Position numbers and translations under genes: made by a program
Source of the DNA: Camelus ferus
Taxonomy: Eukaryota
Direction of reading: 5' to 3'
DNA: 64,000 nt
Assembly (NCBI RefSeq): GCF_009834535.1
Contig: NC_045696.1
Coordinates: 48,548,001 to 48,612,000 of the forward strand
Shown here: positions 49,218 through 59,457 of the stretch, one piece after another
How positions within the stretch are numbered: the stretch's first letter is position 1
How the letters are laid out: every line of letters begins with the position of its first letter
The notes under the pieces: model-generated
Database searches by the model: none
The model's input: only the letters and a program-made list of their open reading frames with translations
Told to the model about the DNA's origin: nothing

Positions 49218-51498
49218 TATCATGAATGACCACATGAACTGTGGTTCTCGTGGATGTGAACTCGCTCAAGGTTCAGTAGCAATACGTCCACCTTATTAGT
49301 CATGAGTTCCAACACGCAGGGTAACCTTAGTGCAGGGGAAACTTAATTTACATAATCAGGAAATTTTAATCCCAACTTTACACAATGATGTACGCCCATC
49401 CCACGGCTAACTGGAATAGCTTTTCAAGAGAACAGAGTCTGGGTGGAGACTTCTCCCGGAGCTACTAGCTGTTTGGGTGAAAACAGAGGTCACTGCCATT
49501 TCACAGAATACCGTGGGGATTAAATGTGAAGCACCTAGCACAGCGCTGGATGTGTACATGTTTGACAACTGTTCACTGTTAGTATTATCTCCCTCTTACA
49601 TCGAGTTTGTAAGAAAAGCGCTTTCTTAGAAAATTTCGGGACTGGTGCCTACTCATCAAAAGAAGAACAAGTTTCAGACCAGCTGAAATTCTTGGAAAAC
49701 GGGCTTCTGGTATAGAAACAAAAAATGTATTTGCTTTGGGGTAAAATCCATTAAAATTTCCTGTAAATGAAACAGTAACTGGATCAGGTAAAGTTGCAGG
49801 AACCCAAAAGACTAGGCAAAATCTGTAATGTCCGCTGGTGCCATAAGAAAAAGTCACACATCGGATCATAAGGAAGTATACTGCTCTTTCATTTCACTCA
49901 CATTTATAAGGCACTAAAAAGTCATAACTAAATATCCAGGCCCATTTAGCAATTTAATTTGCTTTAGTTTAAGATTATACTAATTATACTGATTTAAATA
50001 CAAGTCAAGTCTGCTGTTTGACGAACTAATGAAAATCCATCTGGACCCTAGACATGATAAGAAAATAAAAGATACATATCAATGTTGGAATGAGCACCTA
50101 GGTACCAGAAGATGAAAACTTTTCAACTCCTGACATATCAAACTGTTTACATCTCTACTGCCTTTTTCATAATTTGTTAAAGCTTTAAATGTGTTTGATA
50201 GTTGAGATTATGTGTGATGAAATGAAATAATCCAAATGTGAATTTCTTGCTTTATAGCCAATGATCCTGCTATGTTCAATTCACCAAACTTTTACAGAAA
50301 AATACTATGTACTTAGCTCTATGCTAAAGAGACATGGGGAACACAGAGATGACTAGGAGACGGTCCCTGCCTTCAAGATAAGAGAAAATACAAAGATACC
50401 ATTAAAATAGCAAGTGGCATATGCAATCAAAGAAATATTTGCAGGGTGCATAGGCTGTATAATGGTTGTGTGAGAATAAGGGGCATTAGAGCAGAAGAAA
50501 GGTGGTTCATAGGAAGAATAAAATAATTTTAGAAAGATAGGGGGAAAAGATCTTTCTAGGAAGTGAGACCAACACGTGGGGAGGCCCGGCTACATTCCGA
50601 GGTCCTGAATGTGCTGTCTGGCTGAGACAGAGCTTGGTGTTCTTGCCGTTATTAAACCTTTGGATTTTGACCTAACCAAAATCATTCTTTTGATACTTAG
50701 TTCTGGCATTTTCCCCCAAATATCACTCCATTAATTCCTATTACTTTATACCCAAAAGATCTACCCAAAGTAAAGCATAAACAGACACTAATAGTCACCC
50801 CAAAACAGTCCAAAACAAACATCACTATTGCACAATATTCTGCGAGTCATTTTCTGAAGTTTAAATTTGAACAGTCATTGATTGGTTCTGTTTCTCTCTG
50901 ATAAATACTGAGATTTTGATTTTTTAATTGAGCTTTTCCTCCATATCTCCCATTCTACATCGACCTTGAATTCTACTTTGAATCTGTCCTGCTGAATACT
51001 GGAAGAGTCAAGTGGTTGTGGGCAAAGCAGTAGGCTGTCCTGGATGGGAAAGCAGTTTGCCGTGGGGTTCTTTTCTCTATAAGTTACCCTTCTTAGCTTC
51101 AGGGTAACTCCAATAGGACCTGAACTTCTCTTTTATAGAAGAGGAGGGGAAAAGGAAGGGAAGGAGGGAGGGAAGACGGAGCAAAGAATGGGTTAATAGG
51201 AAGTTTGTGCCCCCACCTATCAAATCTTATAAAATAGGCTGGAGATGAAAAGCGTTAAGAGAACAGTTTCCAAGAACACGTGAGTGCTTTGCCCCCGGTC
51301 ATACAGAGAGCAAACAGCAAAGCTAAGCTGGACTCTAGTCCATCCTACCGCAAAGCCTCTGCTTAGTTTCATGAGATACGGAGGCTCAGTTTTTACTTAG
51401 TTTCCACTTGAAGGTGGAGTCCAAAGTAATGAGGCCACCAGTCCCCAAAACAGGAGGGAAGAGAGCATTCTCAGTTCTTCTGAAGGCCCCCAAACTAA

Positions 51499-51665
51499 GT
51501 TTTCCAGATTTTGCAAATGAAAATACAGATGCCCAGTTAAATTTGAATTTCAGATAAGAAACAATTTTTTTTTTAGTTTAAATAGGTGCCAAATATTTTA
51601 CACTAAATATTTTTGCTGTTGTTCTCAAATTTAACTCAGTGTCCTGTATTTTATCTGGCCAACTA
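51499..51665. mobile_element. MER53 palindromic hAT MITE
   Basis: ccagattttgcaaatgaaaatacagatgcccagttaaatttgaatttcagataa…tcaaatttaactcagtgtcctgtattttatctggc, with inverted arms. Confidence 0.8.
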
Positions 51666-52434
51666 TATTCAATGTACTAAATGGTGGTACTCTCAGTATT
51701 AATTTGTATTAAACATCTTAAACATGAAGAAAATTCAGAGCCAATATTTTAATGCATATGGTTATTTCCTCAAAGTATTAGATAAAAGCTATGTGCTCTG
51801 TGCTGTTTTCACTGAAGCAGCCAGCAAATATGCTCAGAAGTTTCGCTGAATTGTTGAGTAGATCTGCAAAACAGAACAAATACTGGAAAAAGCCTTCAGA
51901 GGAGCTTTAGTTATCCCGTGTACCTCACTGTAAGCTATTCTGGGCATTCTCTAGCATGTGATTCACTCTGAAAACAAAAACAAGACAAATAATTGGTGTT
52001 TACTGAGACTAGTGTTTGTCAACTCACAGCTAGCGACCATCATCATTTTATCCCCCACTGCAGCCCAGCTCCTTTTTAACATGTCAGGCAAAAGATGAAA
52101 TCATCCTGTCTCACCGACGCTATAGCAACAGGGCAGCTTTATGCTTGGGGAATGTAAAATCATGAAGTCTGACATGTAATTAAGAAACAGGGGTTCACAC
52201 TGACTTCCTAAAATATAAGCATATCTGATGTACTCAAAACCCTAATTTAGATCTGATGAAGTCAGCCTCTCTATTTTCCTGGAGTCTGGGGGTCTGAACA
52301 CACTTAGAGCCGAGTTGAGTCCTTCCTGAACCGCCACCCCATCGGCCGTGAGCGTGAGTTCACCGGGTGTGTGACTGTTCCTCGCTTGAATTTGCTTTAT
52401 GATCAAGTGCAAGTTCTGTAGCCTCTCTCTTCAC

Positions 52435-52620
52435 AGTAGAACACAGGCATTGAGGGCCTGGTCTGGGGGCCAGGCTGCCTGGTATGAATCCCAACTGTGC
52501 CGCACCATATGTGTGTGACCAAAGCACGTTCTGGTTCTACCTCGCCGGGATAGCTGGGAGGATTGAAACAGCGCTTAGAAGAGTGCTAGGCAAACGGTAA
52601 TTCTCAATACATGTTATTTA
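52435..52620 (+). mobile_element. MIR SINE (internally deleted)
   Basis: ggccaggctgcctggtatgaatcccaactgtgcc…gtgtgacc…cagcgcttagaagagtgc…ctcaatacatgtta. Confidence 0.6.
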
Positions 52621-53107
52621 TTTCAGTTTCTGAGCAAAAGTAGTCCTATTACATACACTATTGTACAAAGACAGATGCCAGTAATTAACAAAGGAAACAA
52701 ATCTGGATCTCAGTGTCCTTAAAGATACGATGAAGAAACTTGAGAAAGCATCCCTAAATAGTGATAGGTAAACTAATCTGAGATACTTATTTACAATTGC
52801 TGTGGGTCTTTGTAACAAGGCGTCTCGGGCAGGTGTTTCAGATAGCTGAAAATAAGGACAAAACAATTCAGCTGTCACTTCAGGGAGCTGGGGTAAAGGG
52901 AGCAAAGTCAAATTTCCCCATTCACGGATTTGGACTACGCTTCTGTCCAAGTCCTCCAGCATCTGACCGCTCTTCAGTTTATTTTCAGCTTTGAGAGCCC
53001 AAACTGATGTAGAAGGGGCTATCCAGTAAAATCCCTAAACCTGTAAGAAACGAAAAGCTGCAAGAGACATAGTCTGTTGCTCACATTCAGTCAGCAGGTT
53101 GGTGGCG

Positions 53108-53633
53108 GTGGTACCACGACCCAAGGTGGCCCTTATCAACCCCCACCTCCTGGTATTCATGCCCTCATATAAGCCCCTACTGTTGTGTGGGCTTGACTTA
53201 GTGATTTGCTTCTATGAATCTGGTAAGTGAAAGTGATGGTGTGTGACTGGGACGTAGGGCATTAAAGTCAATGTTCTCTCTCTCTCTCTCTCTCTCTCAG
53301 TATCTGTTTCTCTCTATACTGACTCTGTTGGAAGCCAGCTTCCAAGTCATGGGCAGCCAAATAGAGAGGCTCCCTTGGCTAGGAAGTGAGGCCTCCTGCC
53401 AACAGCCATGTGAGTGAGTTTGGAGGTAGAACCTCCATCCCCATTCAAGTCTTCAGATGAATGGTGCCCTGAGCAACAGCTTGACCTCAGCTTATGAGAG
53501 ACTGAGTCAGAACCATCCAGCTAAGCTGCTTCCAGGACCTGGCCCTTATAAATTGGATAAGATAATAATTTTGTTGTTGTTTTAAGTTGCTGATATTTGG
53601 GTAAATTTGTTCTGCACCAAAAGATAAATAATA
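53108..53633 (+). mobile_element. MLT1F-type MaLR LTR
   Basis: cccacctcctggtattcatgccct…gaggcctcctgccaacagccatgtgagtgag…tcttcagatga…gagtcagaaccatccagctaagctgc…ttttaag. Contains (CT)n at ~53275-53298. Confidence 0.8.
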
Positions 53634-54687
53634 GGGACAGAGCTGTTATAAGTTCATGATATTCTTGCTGAGCAGATAGCAATTTCTCTGAGTAAAGTGT
53701 GGAATAACTATTGTTTGGTCCTAAATGTTCACAACAGGCCTGAGCCATAGTACAAAGAGAGTTGAATTTATTTAAATACTTTTATTATGAGTTCAAATTA
53801 ATCCAAAGTTGAAATTATTATTTCAAATGGTCTCATTATTCAGCTATAAAGAATTCAAAGTGCTATAGCATTCTTTACTATTAGTGCTTCTGGCTATTTA
53901 CTCAGGCTCAACGTAACCAGGGCAGACCTCCAATCTACCTCTTCAGTTTAGGATAGATAAACACGTCTCACAAATCCTGCAGGTGATGACAACTCTTGCA
54001 AACACAGTATATACAGGTGGATTGGATTCTTTATATTGTTACAACAAACCAAGAACTGAGGGCTTGAAATAGCTTATATTTTTCAGACACAACATTATTT
54101 ACATAGCGATCATTTCAAGTCGATCAGTATTTTTAGTCCTGGCTTTACACAATGAGCGAAACATACTAAACAGTCTTTCTGAAGTCATTAAAAATATATC
54201 AGTCTTAGGTAAACATAAAAATGGAGGTAAAGATGAATCCATGCTAAGTCCAAGTGACATTATGTCATAATTGGTGAACAGGTGGAGTCAACCTCCCAAA
54301 AGTCAGTTTTCATGAGATCTGAGAGACTTCAAGCCGAAAGCAACACTAGCCGTGACCTTTCAGAAGGAGCAAAGGGACTGAAAACAAATGTACTTAGAAA
54401 AAGAGTGAGCTTCCTAGAGGAAGAAGGATAGAAGCCAAAGGAGTTAGATGCAGTACAAATACCATGGTTCTCAGGAGAAAGGGGAAATGTGATTACAACA
54501 TGGTCTTCATTCAAATTGTCTCCCAGGCGTCCCCACCTTGGATTCACTTTTGGATCCCACGGATGATAGAAAAGATCTAAATAGAAGATGAAACAACTGT
54601 CTCACTAAAAACTCTGTCAGATATCAGGAGCACTGCCTGGGGACTCATTTATTACATAGAGTACGAAGAACAGAGAGCTGTTCTTTC

Positions 54688-55318
54688 ATCCAGCAATCCC
54701 ACTTCTGGGTATATATCCAGAGGGAACTCTAAATCACAACCCGATGTTCATAGCAGCACTATATACAATGGCCAAGACATGGAAGCAACCTAAATATCCA
54801 TCAACAGATGACTGGATAAAGAAGTTGTGGTATATTTATACAATGGAATACTACTCAGCCATAAAAAAAGAATAAAATAATGCCATTTGCAGCAACATGG
54901 ATGGACCTAGAGATCATTATTCTAAGTGAAGTAAGCCAGAAAGAAAAAGAAAAATAGTATATTATATCACTCATATGTGGCATCTTACAAAAAAAAAAAG
55001 GCGCTATGAACTTGTCTACAGAACAGAAACAGACTCACAGACTTAGTAAACAATCTTATGGTTATGGGGGAAAGGAGCTGGGAGGGGATAAATTTGGGAG
55101 TTTGAGATTTACAAATGTTAGCCACTATATATAAAAATAGATTTTAAAAACTTTCTTTTGTATAGCACAGGGAACTATGTTCAAGATCTTATAATAACCT
55201 TTAATGGAAAAAAAATGAAAACAAATATATGTATGTATATGCATGACTGGGACATTGTGCTGTACACCAGAGACTGACACATTGTAATTGGCTGCACTTT
55301 AATAAAAAGAAAAAAAAA
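54688..55318 (+). mobile_element. Young lineage-specific L1, 5' truncated (ORF2 end plus 3' UTR)
   Basis: atccagcaatcccacttctgggtatatatcc…catggaagcaacctaaat…gcagcaacatggatggacctagag…tatagcacagggaactat…aataaaaagaaaaaaaa. No TSD found. Confidence 0.9.
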
Positions 55319-55780
55319 CTAACCTGCAAACTGTGACACTAAAAACATCCAGTGTTTAGATGCTACATCCAGCAAGGGTCCAGTGGTACCTTAATGCCAA
55401 ACACAATAGATGCTAACCCCACAGATGTGTCTGCTGGGGACACTGTTTGAAGTATGGTAGTGTCCAGAGTGCAGGGTAACCCCCAGCAGAAAGCAGCTGT
55501 TTAGTGGCAAATGTAAAGCAATCTTTGGAGACTCCTAGGAAGAGTTTGTAGGTGCAACTTCTGTAAAATGGAGATGAGGGCCAGAGAATTCTGAATTACA
55601 ACTGCCATGACTCAGTCTGACAAGGCCATGGAAGAATCAGGTTTCACGTTCAAATGTACATTGACAAGAACAGTGAGGAAGGGGAGAAAAAGAAAGGCCC
55701 TTTCTTGGAAGGGTATGGATGGACATCACTAACAGGTGCAAAGACTGCAACCACAAAAAACACAGCTTAATAACTTCACG

Positions 55781-58700
55781 TTTCAATCTCCTCCCCTCTC
55801 ACAACCGCTAGTCTGTTATGTGGATCAATAAGTCTGTTTCTGTGTTGTTTGTTTTCTTCCAGGAGTTTTAAGGTTTCAGCTCTTACATTTAAGTTTTTAA
55901 ACCATTTTGAGTTTATTTTTGTACATAGTGTTCTGGAAAGTGATACAGTTGGATTCTTTTGCATGTAGCTTTCCCAACACAGTTTATTGAAGACACTGCC
56001 TTTTCCCCATTGTACATCCTTACCTCCTTTGTCATAGATTAATTGACCATAGAAGCATGGGTTTATTTCTGGGCTCTCTGCTGCATTGATCTATGTGTCT
56101 GTTTATGTACCAGTACCATACTGTTTTGATTACTATAGCTTTGTGGTATAGTTTAAAGTCAAGGGGCATGACAACCCAGCTTTGTTCTTCTTTCTCATGA
56201 TTGCTTTGACTATTCTTGGTCTTTTATGGTTCCATACAAGTTTTGGTATTCCTTGTTCCAGTTCTGTGAAAAATGCCATTGGTATTTTGATGTGGATTGC
56301 ATTGAATCTGTAGATTGAGTTGGGTAGTTTGGATATTTTAACAATATTAATTCTTCCAATCCATGGGCACAGTATATCTTACCATTTATTTTTTTCATCT
56401 TCAGTTTCCTTTACCAATGCTTTATAGTTTTCAGAGTACAGGTTTTTCACCTCTTTGATTAAATTTATTCCTAGATATTTTATTATTTTTGATGCAATTG
56501 TGTTTGGATTGCTTTCTTAATTTCTGTTTCTGAGAGTTCCTTATAAATGTATAGAAATGCAACACATTTTTGTATATTTTTATCCTATTAGTTTCCTGAA
56601 TTTATTAGTTCTAATATTTTTTGGTGGAATCTTTGAGGTTTTCTGTGTGTCATCTGCAAATAGTGACAGTTTTACTTCTTTCTTTTCAGTTTAGATGCCT
56701 TTTTTTCCCCTTCCTAATGGCTGTATCTAGGACTTCCAATACTATGTTAAATAAAAGTGGTACACAGTCACTTTGGAAAAATATTTCAGAGTTCCTTTTA
56801 AAACTAAAAATGAATGTGTCATGCAACCTAACAGCTGCACTATTGTATGTATATCCTCGGAAATGAAAATGTATTTTCACAGAGAAACTTGTACACAAAT
56901 ATTTGTAGCAGCTTTGTGATTAAAACGTGGAAAATAAATGAATGAATGAATAAATAAATAAATAAAGGTGAGAGTGGGCATTCTTGTCTTTTTCCTGATC
57001 TGAGAGGAAAAGCTTTCAATTTTCTCTTGTTGTTTATAAGGTTCTCTCTTTATCCTTAACTTTCATCATTTTAATTATAATATCTTTGTGTATTTCTCTG
57101 AATTCATCTTATTTGGAACTTTCTGGGCTTCCTGGAGCTGGATGACTGTTTCCTTCCCCATATTAGGGAAATTTTCAGACCTTATTTATTCAAATAATTA
57201 TTCTGGCCCTTTATCTTTCTCTTCTCCTCTGGGACCCCTACAATGTGATGTTACTCTGCTCAGTGTTGTCCCAGAGATTCCTTAAGTTATCCTCACTTTT
57301 TAAAATTCTTTTTCCTTTTGCTGTTCTGTCCTTTCTGGGTATTTCCATTTATTTGTCTTTCAGCCTACTGATTCGTGCTTCTCTTTCAGCCATTCTGTTG
57401 TTGAGCCTCTCGAGTGTATTTTTTAGTTCAGTTATAACTTCTATTTGGTACTTGCTTGTAGTTCTGTCTCTTTGTTGAAGTTCTCACCATGTTTAACCAT
57501 TCTTCTCCTGAGATCAGTGAGCATTTTTATGACCATTACTTTGAACTCTATCAGGTAGGTTGCTTACCTCTGTTTCATTAAGGTCTTCTGGGGATTTGCC
57601 CTGTTTTTTGGTATGGAACATATTCCTCTGTTTGCTCATTTTCCCTATCTCTCTGTGTTTCTATATATATATTAGGCCGAATGGCGGCCTCCCTCAGTCT
57701 TGAAAGAGTGGTCTCATGTAGGAGCTGTTCCATGTGGCCCACAAGCACAATCTCCTCTGGCCACCAGAGACAGGCATTCTGTGGGCATTCCTTGTGCACT
57801 CTGTGTGCCCGCCAGCTGTTATTGTGGCTGCTGTGCAGGGAGGGAGGGGTTTGAGTCACTCGCTGGTCCCAGTTGTGGCTTGGTTTCTGTGCAGGGTGAC
57901 AGGGCTCAGGGCACTCGCCCAGCCTGGATGTGGGCTGGCTGCTACACAGGAATGGCTGGACTCAGGGTGCTTGCCCTGACTGGTTGTGGCTCAGCACATG
58001 GGGTGGGTGGGACTCAGGACATCCACCAGTGTCTATTACTGCTCAGCTGCTGCCAGGCTAAGGTGGGGCTCAGGGGGCTCACCCCTCTCAGCTCTGCGTC
58101 AGAGGGCAGAGCTCAGGGCAAGCCCAGTTGTGGCTCAGTACCCGCACCAGGTGGGTGGGGCTTACGGTGCTTACCCAGGCTGGTAATGGCACGGATGCTG
58201 TGTGGGGTGGGTGGGGTACAGGATGCTCATCCAGCCCACTTAAGACACAAGGTAGGCAGAGCATACCCTCTGGTGCTAGCAGGCTGGGTCGGGGAGGGGG
58301 CATTAAAAGTGATGCCCATCAGCTCTGTCACCAGCAAGTGAAGATGAGATTGCAAAAATGGCATTCACCGGTTGTTTCCATCCCTGGATAAAGTCCTTGC
58401 AGGTCTCGCTCCAGCAACTGCTTTAAAATGAGTCAATGGGTCTCCATCACTTGTGGTCTGGGTACTTTCAGTCTGTGCTGCTGCGCTAGGTCTCAGGGAG
58501 GGTCAGTTTCTGCACGAGCACGCCAAGGGCAGGAGCTCCATTCCCCACATGTCTGTGAGTCTCCTGGTCTTAATCCCCATTAGTTTTCAAAATTAGATGT
58601 TTTGGGGGCTTGTCTTTCCAGTACTGGCACCCAGGGTGGGGGTGCCTTATGTGAGGCACGATCCCTTCACTCAAGAGAGAGTTCTGTACTTCCAGAATTT

Positions 58701-58927
58701 CTCCCAATTGTGGGATCACTGTATCTGGGGTGAGGTCCCAGGTGAGGCCATGTCTCTGCCTCTCCTACCCTTCTTGGTGTGTCTTTTTTGTCTTCTGTTG
58801 TGGAGGTGTTGTTCATCTAGTTCTTGGGTCTTTTTCAAAGGAAAATTATTCCATATGTAGCTGTAAATGTGTTAGGTCCATAGGAGGAAGTAAATTCAGG
58901 GTCCTCCTACTCCGCCGTCTTGAGCCC
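55781..58927 (-). mobile_element. L1 retaining 5' UTR, ORF1 part, ORF2 parts and 3' UTR part, with large internal deletions
   Basis: The 5' end reads caagacggcggagtagg on minus. ORF1 remnant FPNMGKETVIQLQEAQKVP at ~57110-57175. ORF2 remnant [24 protein letters not shown] at ~55850-55925. Confidence 0.85.
56762..56960 (+). mobile_element. Older L1M ORF2-end fragment with (TGAA)n(TAAA)n tail nested in the L1
   Basis: cagtcactttggaaaa…gaaatgaaaatgtattttcacagagaaacttgtacacaaatatttgtagcagcttt. It interrupts the host motif aataaaagtggt|gagagtgggca. Confidence 0.6.
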
Positions 58928-58930
58928 TTC

Positions 58931-59457
58931 CAAATCTCAAGATTCTTAATTTAATTACATCTGCAAAGTTCCTTTTACCATGTAACATAACATGTTGACA
59001 GTAAGTTCATTTGTAACCTTTATTTTATATATATATATATTTTTTAATTCCACATATAAGTGATATCATATGGTATTTTTCTTTTTCTTTCTTGCTTATC
59101 TCACTTAGAAACAGACTCACAGACATAGAAAACAAACTTATGGTTACCAGGGAGGAAAGGGTGTGGGGAAGGATAAATTGGGAGTTCAGGATTTGCAGAT
59201 ACTAACTACTATATATAAAATAGATAAACACGGTCCTACTGTATAGCACAGGGAACTATATGCAATACCTTGTAGTAACTTATAATGAAAAGGAATATAT
59301 ACATATATGTATAAATGAATCATTATGCTATACACCAGAAACTAACACAATATTGTAAATTGACTATACTTCAGTTAAAAAAAGACATTGACACTTTGAC
59401 AGGTTCTGGCTACTAGGACATGAACATCTTTGGGAGCCATTATTCAGCCTACCATAT
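58931..59457 (-). mobile_element. MLT1C-type LTR fragment split by an L1 insertion
   Basis: atctcaagattcttaatttaattacatctgcaaagttccttttaccatgtaac … acaggttctggctactaggacatgaacatctttgggagccattattcagcctacca. Confidence 0.7.
59002..59383 (+). mobile_element. Young L1 3' end with 5' inversion (twin priming)
   Basis: 59002-59110 is antisense L1 and 59107-59383 is sense L1 3' UTR ending in an A-tail. TTGACAG flanks both sides (58995-59001, 59396-59402). Confidence 0.85.

Noticed and set aside
49690..49900. L3/CR1 fragment
   Set aside because: Only vague similarity; cannot be supported without an HMM search.
55776..56398. Intact L1 ORF2
   Set aside because: Only short in-frame remnants with frameshifts and large deletions; not retrotransposition-competent.
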